Notes under the pieces: model-generated
Told to the model about the DNA's origin: nothing
The model's database searches: none
The model's input: the letters and a program-made list of their open reading frames with translations, nothing else
Made by a program: the position numbers and the translations under genes
NCBI GenBank assembly: GCA_000092065.1
Contig: CP000587.1
Strand: one strand, 5' to 3'
Length of the DNA stretch: 64,000 nucleotides
Origin: Ostreococcus lucimarinus
Taxonomy: Eukaryota
In this document: positions 37,649 to 48,200 of the stretch, in pieces
Position numbering within the stretch: the stretch's first letter is position 1
Layout: each line of letters starts with the position of its first letter

Positions 37649-38059
37649 TCACGCCGCGCCGTCGCCGCCGCCGTCGTCCCGCTTTTCTACCTCGTCGTCG
37701 TCGCCCTCGTCCCTCGTTTCCTTGGCCTCGGCGTCTCTCGCCTTTTTCGTCCTCTTGGCGTCGCGAAACGCGTCCAGCGTCGCCCTGACGTCGTCCACCA
37801 GTTCGCCGAAATCGCACTCCTCGATCGCCGCCAGCACGTCCGCGTCGCTGATCGTCGAGCGCTTGTGATCGCGGCAGACGTCGTTCGCCGTGGCGGTGAG
37901 GTAGTGGATGAAGATTTTCGCGCACTCGCCGTAGGCTGTCAGGGCTTCTTTTTGAATGTTTGGTTCGAACGATTGGCCCTTGGCGTCGACGTTATCGAGC
38001 GTCGAGAGCTTGTGCTTGACGAGGCGCTTGATGTGCGCGCGGGGGAGGTCTTCGTCCAT
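37649..38059 (-). CDS. Histone-fold protein, DNA polymerase epsilon subunit 3 / CHRAC-17 / NC2-like
   Basis: ATG at 38059-38057. LPRAHIKRLVK..EALTAYGECAKIFIHYLTATANDVC..KRSTISDADVLAAIEECDFGELV fits the H2B-like histone fold of POLE3/Dpb4. Acidic C-terminal tail. Confidence 0.7.
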   Translation of the reverse strand: MDEDLPRAHIKRLVKHKLSTLDNVDAKGQSFEPNIQKEALTAYGECAKIFIHYLTATANDVCRDHKRSTISDADVLAAIEECDFGELVDDVRATLDAFRDAKRTKKARDAEAKETRDEGDDDEVEKRDDGGGDGAA

Positions 38060-38211
38060 CGCGAGCGATCGGGGCGCGGACGACGCGCGCGCGCGTGTGC
38101 GGATCGGAGGGACGGCGAAGCGCGAGGCGAAGCGCGAGGCGAGCGAAGGTTCGCGTACACGGTGCGACTGACGCGCGATTACAACGGCGAGGCGGCGAGA
38201 TCAAAAACACT

Positions 38212-39936
38212 CTACGAGTAGCGCCAATTGAAACCTTTGAGGCTGTTGCTCAGCTCGCCGACTTCCTTGGTGAGGACGTCGTTTTGCGCCTTCAAGTCGT
38301 TCACCACCTTGGCGCGCTCTTTATCGGTGGAATTGAGCGCATCGCGGAGACTGGCCTCGACGGTGTCGGGGTGTAAGTTGGCGTACCTTGCGAGCGCATC
38401 TTCGCGGCCGCCGTCGACCGCATCCACGTTGTAGTCGAAGATGTTGTCCCACTTGTTGTCCAAAAGCGCGAGCGCCGTTTTGAGCGGCGTCGCGGCGTAC
38501 AGGACGCCCGCGCGTTGTTCCACGAGACCCTCGCGAAGGAGCTTGATCATACTACCTTCGATGTCAAAGTCACAATCGACACCGAACACATTCCGCAAGA
38601 AATCTTCGCATTCGATGTCGATTTCCTTCAATGTCATGCTCTTACCTCTGACGGTGAGAATCACAAAGGCGAGCATCATTTCCTTGATCTCTTGATCCTC
38701 CATAGATTCCAAAAGGTGCATCAACATCCCTTCTTGTGCGTTCCTGCTCTTTTGAATAAGATCCTTTGCCATCATGCCGGAGTATCGCGTCCTGGCGACG
38801 TTGATGGCGGTGTACGACTGCCCGAGCTTACCGGCGCACGCGATGAGGAGCGTTTGCATCTTCTTCGTCCAAATCTCACCGGTAACAAACGCCCACAGCA
38901 AAGTGCCGATGGCGACAACGATGGCAATTCCGTTCTGGATCATTTCTTGGAGCTTGACCGAGACCGTCTTCTCCGGGAAAATCATCTCGAGGTCAGCCAT
39001 AGGAATGTCGACGTACGACTTGATGATGAGCGGGCCGCATCCAGAAGGTCCCGCTGCATCGTCGTCGAGCGGTCTCGCCATGCGATAGAGCAGCACGACT
39101 TCTTTGAAAGTTGGCTCTTGAATTTCTAACGTCGAGAATAATTTGCGAAAGAGGACGAAGATGTTCGGCATCAACCTTCGCAGCGTCAGACGTTCTATCA
39201 CAGATGCGTTTCTGTCCTCCACCGTCTTCCCGTCTCCAAACGTCTTCTTCGAATCGCTCGAATTCGCGTTCACGAAAACCGGTTGCTTCTGCCCGAGAAT
39301 TGCCAACAGTGGTTCTTTGATGAGCATGCTGAGAAGCATCTCAATCTTTTGCATGATGAACAACCCCTTCGCCTTGGCGAGGCCCGTGCCTCGCTTGAAC
39401 ACCAACGCTCTTTCGCTAAACTGCGACAACCCAGCGGCGAGCGCCGGATTCTTGCTCAAAAACGTCTTCAGCAACGCTTTATCGTGACAGGACCAATCTA
39501 CGTGCACGGGTAGCGTGAACAAAAAGTCCTCCGCGCTCGCCAACTCCCATTCCTTTTGCGTCAACAACGTGTACTCGGCGTCCGCCATCATCGTACAAAA
39601 CTGCCCCACAAAATCCACGCTCGCCGCCTCGAACGCCGTGGGGTTCAATCGCGCGCCATCGTATCCCACGCTTTTTTCTTCGCCCACCTTGACGTTCGCC
39701 AGCGCGAAATCCTTCTTCACTCGATCCCGTTTTTCCATGGCGCCGTAGTGAAACAAGCTCCGAACCATGCGAATCACGTCCCCGACCGCGCCTCGATCGC
39801 CCTCGGGAATCATCTCCAGCGCGGCGTCGCGCAAAAAGTTCATGCCGACCGGGATGTGCGCCGAGTGTTGGATTCGGATGAAGTTGTTCGTGCGTTCGCG
39901 CGCATCGCGCGACTTTGCGTCGTCGCTCGAACCCAT
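38212..39936 (-). CDS. Conserved hypothetical protein with one central TM segment (possibly DUF3754/TMEM143-like)
   Basis: Long non-repetitive ORF with coding-like composition. Hydrophobic segment GIAIVVAIGTLLWAFVTG. Track start 39993 is GTG. ATG at 39936-39934. Family assignment is a guess. Confidence 0.55.
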   Translation of the reverse strand: MGSSDDAKSRDARERTNNFIRIQHSAHIPVGMNFLRDAALEMIPEGDRGAVGDVIRMVRSLFHYGAMEKRDRVKKDFALANVKVGEEKSVGYDGARLNPTAFEAASVDFVGQFCTMMADAEYTLLTQKEWELASAEDFLFTLPVHVDWSCHDKALLKTFLSKNPALAAGLSQFSERALVFKRGTGLAKAKGLFIMQKIEMLLSMLIKEPLLAILGQKQPVFVNANSSDSKKTFGDGKTVEDRNASVIERLTLRRLMPNIFVLFRKLFSTLEIQEPTFKEVVLLYRMARPLDDDAAGPSGCGPLIIKSYVDIPMADLEMIFPEKTVSVKLQEMIQNGIAIVVAIGTLLWAFVTGEIWTKKMQTLLIACAGKLGQSYTAINVARTRYSGMMAKDLIQKSRNAQEGMLMHLLESMEDQEIKEMMLAFVILTVRGKSMTLKEIDIECEDFLRNVFGVDCDFDIEGSMIKLLREGLVEQRAGVLYAATPLKTALALLDNKWDNIFDYNVDAVDGGREDALARYANLHPDTVEASLRDALNSTDKERAKVVNDLKAQNDVLTKEVGELSNSLKGFNWRYS

Positions 39937-40221
39937 CGCGGCGTCAATCGTCGAGGCTTCGGTCGCGCGCGTCGCGCGTGCGCGCGCGTTCACGCGCGCG
40001 TGCGCGCCGCGTGCGCGCGTGCGGGCGCGTTTACGCGCGTGCGGGCGGGCGCGTGCGACGCGCGCGCGGGAGTGCGGCGCAGAGTCGTCGAGAATTGGGC
40101 GATCGCGCGTCTCGGCGACGCGCGCGGCGGTTGGCGGTTGCGCGCGGAGCGCTGCGGACGCGCGAGGCTACGGCTAATCACAACGTCCGATGGCTACGAT
40201 GACGAAGAGAGATGAGTGCGA

Positions 40222-41388
40222 TCACGTGCTGCGCCTGGCGACGTTCTTCAGACCGACGCCGACGACGGAGCAGAACACGGTGCCGCTCTCGGGCTCGGGC
40301 TGCACGTGAAAGGTGACGCCGAAGAAGGCTTTGAGCGCGCGCAAGGTTTCGATCGCTCGAGGGGTGAGCTGACCGAGACGGATTCTGGACACTTGCTCGG
40401 GACCGATGGCGAGGAGGATGAGGGCGAGGGATTGATGGGTGCTGTCGACGACGCCGCCGCGTTGGATCTCGGCGACGAGCGCCTCGGCGACGCGGCGGCC
40501 GACGTCTTCGGGCACGCGCGCCTCGGCGTCGTCGGCCCATTCTAAATCCGCCGCCTCGCTCATCGCGGACGCGCACGCCGTGGACGCGGCGTCGGCGCCG
40601 AGCACGCAACCCGTGGTGGTTTCGGCGACGAGGGATAATCCGTACCCTGGGCTCTTCCCCGCCTCCGGACCGACGTGATGGTCGGTGAAAATGTACACGT
40701 CTGGAATGAACGCGTTCAACACCCCTCTCGCAGCGTCCACCATGCGGTTTCCATTCTGCGGCGACACCTTGCACGTAAACGTCACCCCTCGCACCCGTTT
40801 CACCAAGCCCTCGTCGCACCAATCCAGCGTCGGCAGCGTTTTCACAATCGGCAACGTCAACCGCACGCGACCGCCGCCGTTCGGCGGACACCCTCGCCGT
40901 TCCACCTCCAGCGCCAATCCATCGTCCACGCCGAAGTGTTTCTTCAGCATCGGCAGCGTCACCGTCCTAAACACGTCCACGCTCACGTCCGCGTCGTCGT
41001 TCGTCACCCCCATGAGCGTCAATTCGATCGGTTTCTTCGCGAACAATCCCAACGCCAGCGTCGGCTCGACGTAATACCCGACGCCCCGGCTCGTCGCGCA
41101 CTCGTGCGTCAGCGCGCGTCCTCCCTTCACCACGCCCGGGTCGAACCGCACCGCGGTGCCGTCTTCGCTGATGTCCACGCGCGTGCCGTTCGTGAGCTTA
41201 TCGATCAGGCGCAGGAGCGAGACTTCGTAATCGCGCAGCCCGACGGCGTCGTCACCGCCGCCTCGCGCGGCGGTTTTGACGCGAATGTCGCGAATCACGC
41301 ACGGCTTACCGCTCAGGACGCTGATCAGGATGCGCGCGCGGAAGTCCTTGGCGCCGGTGAAGCGCGCGGGCGCGCGGGAGGGCGGCAT
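40222..41388 (-). CDS. RCL1: RNA 3'-terminal phosphate cyclase-like protein RCL1 (nucleolar, 18S rRNA processing)
   Basis: Colinear with RCL1/RtcA from the start (FTGAKDFRARILISVLSGKPCVIRDIR..GLRDYEVSLLRLIDKLTNGTRV..GVTND..DPSVD..RRGCPPNGGGRV..SPGYGLSLVAETT..DSTHQSLALILLA). ATG at 41388-41386. The track ORF extends to 41556 through a non-ATG codon. Confidence 0.9.
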   Translation of the reverse strand: MPPSRAPARFTGAKDFRARILISVLSGKPCVIRDIRVKTAARGGGDDAVGLRDYEVSLLRLIDKLTNGTRVDISEDGTAVRFDPGVVKGGRALTHECATSRGVGYYVEPTLALGLFAKKPIELTLMGVTNDDADVSVDVFRTVTLPMLKKHFGVDDGLALEVERRGCPPNGGGRVRLTLPIVKTLPTLDWCDEGLVKRVRGVTFTCKVSPQNGNRMVDAARGVLNAFIPDVYIFTDHHVGPEAGKSPGYGLSLVAETTTGCVLGADAASTACASAMSEAADLEWADDAEARVPEDVGRRVAEALVAEIQRGGVVDSTHQSLALILLAIGPEQVSRIRLGQLTPRAIETLRALKAFFGVTFHVQPEPESGTVFCSVVGVGLKNVARRST

Positions 41389-41592
41389 CGCGCGCGCGGG
41401 CGCGGGCGCGAAGTGGCGGCTGCTCGCCCCGAGCCCGCGCTGAGCGCCGAGCGGCGACGCGGCGAACGCGAGCGAATGAAACGCGAGGAATCGCCGTCGA
41501 CGCGCGCTCGGACGCGAAAAGCGAGAAAAGAGTGAGAGATGGTGATTAAAATCCACGACGCGACCGAGCGATGATGGGAAAACGCGGAGAGG

Positions 41593-42420
41593 TTACGTGC
41601 CGAAGGCGCGGTCGCCGGCGTCGCCGAGTCCGGGGACGACGTAGCCGTCGTCGTTCAAGACCTCGTCGATCATCGCCGCGTACACGCGGAGGCCCGGATA
41701 TCGCTCGCTAAGTTGAGTCAACGCCGGTGGAGAGGCGACGACGCAGATGATTCGAATGTTGGACGGAGATGCGCCTCGGGAGACGATTTCTTCGACGGCG
41801 GCGACGATGGTGCCGCCCGTGGCCAACATCGGGTCGCTAATCAACACTTGCGCGTCTTCCGCGAACGACGCGGGGAGCTTGTTGAGGTACATCTTCGGTT
41901 CGAGCGTCTTTTCGTCGCGCACGTACCCGAGATGATGCGTCACGCTCGACGGAAGCACGCTCGCCGATTCCTCCAAGAGCGTCAACCCGGCGCGTAAAAT
42001 CGGCACCACCGCCACCGGTTTCTCGGGGTTCACGAATTCAACGTCCGCGATCGCCAGCGGTCCCTGCACTTGCGCCTCGAACGTTGGCAACCAATCTCTG
42101 CCGCACTCGTAAATCAGAATCCGTCCAATCTCCGCCATGGCGGCTCGGAAAATCGGCGTCGGCGTCTGCACGTTTCTCGCCACCCCCAACCAGTGCTTCA
42201 ACAGCGGATGCGGCGGCACGAGCACGAGCATCTGATTCGGATTCGGCTGCGCGCGCGGCGGCGCGTCCTCGCTTCCCTCCCCCGCGCTCGCGCGCGCGCG
42301 CGTCGCGCGTCGCGCGAGAGGTCCCACCGCGCCCACCGTCCCACTCCCGTTCGCGCTTCGGCGCGCGCGCACCGTCAGCGCGCGCGTCGCGCGCGCTTCG
42401 AGCGACATCGCGAGCGACAT
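41593..42420 (-). CDS. UPP: Uracil phosphoribosyltransferase (UPRT) with N-terminal Arg/Ala-rich transit peptide
   Basis: C-terminal 210 aa colinear with UPRT (LVLVPPHPLLKHWLGVARN..IFRAAMAEIGRILIYE..PILRAGL..DPMLATGGT..GLGDAGDRAFGT). Start taken at the ATG at 42420-42418. The longer track ORF to 42807 would overlap the IspD start. Confidence 0.75.
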   Translation of the reverse strand: MSLAMSLEARATRALTVRARRSANGSGTVGAVGPLARRATRARASAGEGSEDAPPRAQPNPNQMLVLVPPHPLLKHWLGVARNVQTPTPIFRAAMAEIGRILIYECGRDWLPTFEAQVQGPLAIADVEFVNPEKPVAVVPILRAGLTLLEESASVLPSSVTHHLGYVRDEKTLEPKMYLNKLPASFAEDAQVLISDPMLATGGTIVAAVEEIVSRGASPSNIRIICVVASPPALTQLSERYPGLRVYAAMIDEVLNDDGYVVPGLGDAGDRAFGT

Positions 42421-42577
42421 GCGTTTCGTTCGCGGCGAAAGAGCGTCGTTCGCGGCGCGAGACGCGCGCGCGCGTCGCACAGTGCGCCGATGTCCCGTTG
42501 GATAATGGATAAAGCGTTTTCGCACTTTTCGCCGCACTCGTCGCCTCGCCGAGCGCGCGCGCGCACGCCTCGCGACC

Positions 42578-43405
42578 ATGCTCTCGCGAAGAGCGACCGT
42601 GATCGCGCCCGCGCGCGCGGCGCCCGAGAGCGCGCGACGCGTCGCGCGGACGCGCGCGCGGCGCGGCGCGAACGTCCGAACGCGCGCGGCGAGCGAGGTC
42701 ACGCAGGACGTCGCCGACGGCGCCGTGTCCTTCGTCCTGCTCGCGGGCGGCGTGGGCAAGCGCATGGGAGCGGACATGCCGAAGCAGTACCTGCCGCTCA
42801 TGGGCACGCCGATCGCGCTGTGGTCGCTTCGGAAGTTTGCGAAGATGGCTGAGGTCGGGGAGATCGTCGTCGTGTGCGACCCGAGCTACGACGACGTGTT
42901 TCAGAGCGAAGCGATCGATAAGCCGCTGGTGTTCGCGAGACCGGGGAAAGAGCGACAAGATAGTGTGTATAATGGCATGCAAGCGGCGCGGGCGGGGGCG
43001 GAGTTGTTGGCGATTCACGATAGCGCGCGACCGCTGTGCGCGGCGACGGATGCGAGGCGGTGCTTCAACGACGCGAAAAAGTACGGTGCGGCGGTTTTGG
43101 CGGTGCAGAGTAAGGCGACGATTAAGGAAGTGAATAAGGATTTGAGCATCGATAAGGGGCTCGATCGCAGTCGGCTTTGGGAGATGCAAACGCCGCAAGT
43201 GATGCGACCCGAGTTGTTGCGAGCGGGATACGATCTCGTGAATAGTAAGGGACTTGAGGTGACGGACGATGTATCCATCGTCGAAGCCTTAGGTGAGCGC
43301 GTGCAAGTGACGCCGGGGAGTTATTTCAACTTGAAGGTCACGACGCCGGAGGACATGTTCATCGCGGAACGGCTGATGACGGAGCAGGGCGACGCCGTCG
43401 CATAA
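42578..43405 (+). CDS. ISPD: 2-C-methyl-D-erythritol 4-phosphate cytidylyltransferase (IspD, plastid MEP pathway) with transit peptide
   Basis: ATG at 42578. VSFVLLAGGVGKRMGADMPKQYLPLMGTPIALWSLRKF..IVVVCDPSY.. typical of IspD. Confidence 0.85.
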   Translation: MLSRRATVIAPARAAPESARRVARTRARRGANVRTRAASEVTQDVADGAVSFVLLAGGVGKRMGADMPKQYLPLMGTPIALWSLRKFAKMAEVGEIVVVCDPSYDDVFQSEAIDKPLVFARPGKERQDSVYNGMQAARAGAELLAIHDSARPLCAATDARRCFNDAKKYGAAVLAVQSKATIKEVNKDLSIDKGLDRSRLWEMQTPQVMRPELLRAGYDLVNSKGLEVTDDVSIVEALGERVQVTPGSYFNLKVTTPEDMFIAERLMTEQGDAVA

Positions 43406-43505
43406 ATAATTCTAATTCGCGCGAGATAATAAACAGTACCGGTAAAGTTGCACTCTCTAAACGAGACAGTAAAACTTGTCGATCTCGCGACCGCGCTCGC
43501 TGAAT

Positions 43506-44249
43506 TCACTTTTTCGCGCACTCGTACTCGACGTCGCCCGAGCATTGCTTCGTGACGGAGTCGTCCAAGGCGTGCGTGTGCGGGAAGAAAGCGCTCCCAT
43601 TCAATTTGAGCTCTTGTTCAAGCGCGCGCGAATCGACGACGAGGGTTCCACATCGGCGTCCACGCCGACAGCACTCGCACTCTTCGTCGTCGTCATTCGC
43701 TGTGAGCAAGTAAAGACCGAGTAAAACGAGAAATGAAATCGTAAAAGCCAGCGCCAATTGCCCGAGCGCACCGTCGCATATTTCGTAAGAGAATTCGATG
43801 ACGTCCCCGTCCCACCATCGCCGATCGACGATACCGAAAGGCTCAACGTCAAACGAAGTCACGAAATCAATATCACGCGGCCCGAATCGACGTGGAAAGT
43901 GCTCGTGGGAAGTGATTGTCGATCCCCCGTGAAACGCCAAATCGAGAACTTCGAGAACTGTCGCGTCGTCGACGGTGACGTCCCGCGACGCGTCGTCCAT
44001 CGACGACTCGGACCAATCCGCGCCGTCCAAACGAAAAGGGTCTTCGATCATCGTCAAGGTCACGATCGCCTCGGCGTTTAATGGATCGATGGTGTCGTCG
44101 GGTGTCGTCGCTGAATCGTCGGGTACAACGGAACTTGAACCGACAAAGTTGGTTCCATCGGTATCTTGAGACGCCGCGAGCGCGGCGAGCGCGAGCGCGA
44201 GCGCGAGCGCGAGACCCGCGCGAGATCGGCCGACCATTTTGTACGCCAT
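43506..44249 (-). CDS. Hypothetical secreted/membrane protein with (LA)n signal peptide and C-terminal TM anchor plus Cys cluster
   Basis: ATG at 44249-44247 (MAYKMVGRSRAGLALALALALAALAAS). C-terminal LALAFTISFLVLLGLYLLTA followed by ECECCRRGRRC. The longer track ORF to 44411 begins at a non-ATG codon. Confidence 0.5.
   Translation of the reverse strand: MAYKMVGRSRAGLALALALALAALAASQDTDGTNFVGSSSVVPDDSATTPDDTIDPLNAEAIVTLTMIEDPFRLDGADWSESSMDDASRDVTVDDATVLEVLDLAFHGGSTITSHEHFPRRFGPRDIDFVTSFDVEPFGIVDRRWWDGDVIEFSYEICDGALGQLALAFTISFLVLLGLYLLTANDDDEECECCRRGRRCGTLVVDSRALEQELKLNGSAFFPHTHALDDSVTKQCSGDVEYECAKK
44176..44214. repeat. (GCGAGC)n hexanucleotide microsatellite encoding the (LA)n core of the signal peptide of the 43506-44249 gene
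   Basis: gcgagcgcggcgagcgcgagcgcgagcgcgagcgcgag read directly. Confidence 0.9.
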
Positions 44250-44523
44250 GCTCGCGCTCACCTCGACCGTCGACGCGCGCGAGTGTGAGAAATCTTCCAC
44301 GTAAGCGTTTCTCGTCGTCTCAAACTCCGACGAAACGACGCGACTCGCGTCGAACGCGCGCGCCGCGCGCCGATCGAGACGCGCTCCACCGAACGCCACC
44401 GCGCGATTCATCGCGCATCGCTCGCGTCGCGCGCGCGTTCGCGCTCGCGCGCATCACTCATTTTAATCATCACAACGCGTCGACGCGGCGTCGCGGCGAC
44501 TTCGACGTTCGCTCGCCGCGCGT

Positions 44524-45039
44524 TTACGATTCCCCATCCTTCTTCGCCGCTTTCTTCGCGTCCCTCGCCGCGCGCTTCGCCGCCAGCGCCGCCTTCTTCT
44601 CCTCCCTCTCCCTCGCCTTTTGCGTTTCCCTCGCCGCCGCGTCTCGCGCCCCCTCGTCCGTCGTCTTCCCGTCCAGTCGCGGCCGCGTCTTCGGCGCTCG
44701 CGCGCCCACCGCGTGATCCCTCGGCAGCAGCGCCGCCGTCCCGGCGCCGCCGCCCGACCACCCGACCATCGTCGAGTCGCACACGACGCCCTCGCTCACG
44801 ACGCCGCCGACGCGTCGCGCCGTCACGCGCGTGCCGTCGCGCAGCGTCGCGCCCGCGCGCGCGACGACGATTTTCTTTCCGACGTCGACGTTCGGCGCGT
44901 TCGTCGCGATCTTCAGCGGCGCGTCGCCGCCGCAGTCGATCGTCAGCAGTCGGAGGGCGTCGTGGCCGTCGATCGCGACGCGGGCGAGGATCTCGCCGCA
45001 GCACAGCGGCGCGCCGTCGTCGTCGTCGTCGTCGGACAT
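44524..45039 (-). CDS. Stand-alone tRNA-binding domain protein (Myf/EMAP-II/Trbp111/Arc1p-C-like) with poly-Asp N-terminus and Lys/Ala-rich C-terminal tail
   Basis: ATG at 45039-45037. GEILARVAIDGHDALRLLTIDCGGDAPLKIATNAPNVDVGKKIVVARAGATLRDGTRV..GVVSEGVVC fits the OB-fold tRNA_bind domain pattern. Confidence 0.7.
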   Translation of the reverse strand: MSDDDDDDGAPLCCGEILARVAIDGHDALRLLTIDCGGDAPLKIATNAPNVDVGKKIVVARAGATLRDGTRVTARRVGGVVSEGVVCDSTMVGWSGGGAGTAALLPRDHAVGARAPKTRPRLDGKTTDEGARDAAARETQKAREREEKKAALAAKRAARDAKKAAKKDGES

Positions 45040-45241
45040 TTAATTTAAGAATCGATTCGCGTCGACGAATGACGACAGTGCGCGACGCTGCGCGACGACG
45101 CGCGCGCGGCGACGCGACGCGTCGGTGGATGCGCCGCAGACGCGGCGAACGACGCGCGTCGCGCGTCGCCGCGACGCGAGACGCGCGCGAAAAGCGGTGA
45201 TTCATTGACGCATTTGGAATTCGCGCAAAAGACGCGGAAAG

Positions 45242-48200
45242 ATGGCGGTGGGAACGCGACGGGAGCGCGATGCGTCGCGAATGTCGCGCGCGCACGACGC
45301 GGATGACGCCGCGGACGCGCGACCGTGGCGATGGCGGCGATGCGGGACGTTTCACGCGTCCGAGGGAGGGATTTGGGGGACGAGCGGGACGACGACGGCG
45401 CGCGCGGCGACGCGATGGGAAAACGCGCCGCTGGAGGGGTTCGGTTTGCGCTTCGCGAGCGATGCGGAGGAGGAGACGACGACGCGCGCGCGAGCGTTGG
45501 AGGCGTGCGCGAGAGAAACGCTCGGAGAGGGCGGGTTGACGAATGAGATGTTGGAGGAGACGGCGCGCGCGACGACGACGCCGAGCGCGGCGAGCGACGA
45601 CGCGGCGACGATTTCGAACATCGAGACGCGGTTGGCGTCGACGCGCGCGATGTTGAGGGGATTGGGCGTCGATGAAGCGAAAACGAAAGCGGTGATGGCG
45701 CGGGCGATGGACGCGTGGGGAGGGGAGATTCGAGAACGCGAACGAATCGTCGACGCGCTGGAGACGCGCTTGCTCGAGGGAGACGAGGACGAGGAGGCGT
45801 TGAATTACATCTTGCGTCGTGCGGTGGCGCGGTTGAGGGTTTTGAAGACGAGTGGAGCTCGTTCGAGGGTCGGCTTGCGGGCGTGTGTGGCGAGCGCGAC
45901 GGCGTCCGTCGCCGCGGCGTCCACCACCGCGGCCGTCGCGGCAAAGTCTACGCCCATCGCGAAGAAAGGCCGCGGTGGAATGTTCTCTTGCTGCGGCGCA
46001 GATTCGACGGCGATCGATGACGACGCTCAAGAGCTCGCGTACGCGCCTTCGGAAAGTGCAGCCGTTGAATGCGAACCGCTTACTTGCGTCGTACGTCTTT
46101 CACGCGTTGGGGAAGAAACGGCGAGCGCATACTCGTCGACATCTCGCGCATACTCGTCGACATCTCGCGCATCTTCGCGAGAAGGAGGCGTTTTGTTCAA
46201 CGCCACGACTCCGTTATTGACCGTTTCCGAAGATGACACGATTGAGTTCAACTTTTACGCGGGCGACGCGCACGAATCCGTCGACGAGAGTGCAGTCGAT
46301 GCGAATGATAGGATGCGCGCCAACGCCGTCATGTCGCCGCACGTCGGGGAAACAAGTGGCAAGATTAGAGGAAGCGCCACCATTTGTGTCGCAGATTTAG
46401 CAGAGACGACGAGAAAAGACGAACCGCACGTGCTCACGATTTTCATCGAGCGGCCGAAGAGTGGAGGGTCACCGGGTCAGGTCTACGGTAAAGCAATCGT
46501 ACGCATTGACAAGTTCGTCGAATCGTTTGACGACGGAACGACGCAGATCGCGACGGCGAAGGGCGACGTTCTGAAAGATGCCGCCGTGCTTTTCGCGGCG
46601 CTCGACAAGTCGAGTGTGCCAAATGTAAAACAGCTTGTGCGCAGCTTCGTGGATCAGCGCGGCGCATGCCCGTCCATTGCTGCACTGGCCGAAATGATTA
46701 CGCTTTGCATTGATTGGCGACTCGAACGCCCGCAACTTGATAGATTACGCCACTGCACAATGGAAGTGTTCGCGGCAATTGCGGTGAATCGAATTACGGC
46801 GAGTGAGAAGCAGCGGTTTGACGAACTTTCCGCGCTCATGTCGAAACAACTAGAAACAGAGCTGTGCAATATTTTGCCGACGGCAAAAGTCGCCGAGCAA
46901 GAACTCGTCGATGTGCTTGACATGGAGTATTCTGCCAGTATCGCCCGCGCGATCATTCCATTATTTGCTTTGACCCTTGGGAGCATTTCAGCCACTCGGC
47001 TCGTGTTGCGGTTGAAAAAGGTCGTTCGCGAGGCCATGCGTAAACGTTGTGTCGAGCACATGGTGAGGGAAAATCCGACAAAGGGCCCTCCCACGGTTGC
47101 GTGCGTGACGTCTATGATATGCAAACTCACCAAACGTTTGCCGCTCGACGCTGCGATTTTATCGCAGTTTCCGTCCGAAGTAGAAGCTCTTTCGGAGGCT
47201 GCGTCGGCGTCGAGTGCTTTCATCGCAAACATTATTACTGAAGTATTTCAGGCGATCGCGAGCATGCGTAGCCCGCCTGATTACGACTCCGGGATGATGG
47301 CACTAGACGATGCGCTGTGCGCGCACAGGAGGGCATTAAAGCGATATGATTTGGTGCTTGCTATGCAGCCGATTTCGTCCCGGTTCATCGATCGGCTCCT
47401 TCAGCCGGCTTTGGATGAAACGCTAGGCACAGTACACCATGCGCTGGTTGCGTGGGTCAAGCAAGAAATTGATGGCGAAAGAACAAATTTAGAGCCCGTG
47501 GACGTCGAAAGAGGAGCGATGCACAGTATGTCGTGCGTCAATCTTTTTTGTGTACTCTACAACATCGATAGAGCAGCGCAAGATCACATTCTTCACGGCG
47601 AAAGAGCGGCGTTCAACGCTACATCGTTGAGTCAAATGTGCTATGAAGTGTTTAAGACGTACGTCAATATTTATGAAAGAGCGTGCTTGGAGGCGATCCA
47701 GAACGCGCGCTTGCATTTGATGCAAGACTCAAAGGGGCAGAATACGAAGACGGCGAATGTTTCGGACGTAAAGTCTCTGATGGTTGGTAACTTTTACACG
47801 CGTCTAAGTAATATTCATCAGTGCATCCTCGCGATCGAACCGTTCATGGAAGAGATGCCGTTACTGTGGTGTTCGTCAAAGTCGGAGTTCGACGAGACAC
47901 TCAAGCGTCAAGCGAGCTCGGAGTATGGTATCGATGACGATCAAGTGATATTGTTTGAGGACGATGAAGTCCATGTCTTCGACGAGAAAAGAATGCTGGA
48001 TACTGATTTCTTCGCGAACAGAATTGTACAGAAACTTCGCACCGTTCGCGCAAACGTCATTGCGTCATTAACGGAGTTGATCGAAGAACGGATTGCACCG
48101 TTTATTCGTGTCGCTATTCTTGACAAGGAAGAAAAGACACGTTCTGCGGCGGTACGCATAGTCTTCATGATGATTGACTCGGAGCTCAAGCTTATGAACG

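Noticed and set aside
42421-42807. Genuine overlap of UPRT and IspD coding regions on opposite strands (track ORF 41593-42807 versus IspD from 42578)
   Set aside because: The upstream part of the UPRT track ORF is Arg/Ala low-complexity. In-frame ATGs at 42420 and 42408 give a normal-length transit peptide, so a non-overlapping head-to-head arrangement is more parsimonious.
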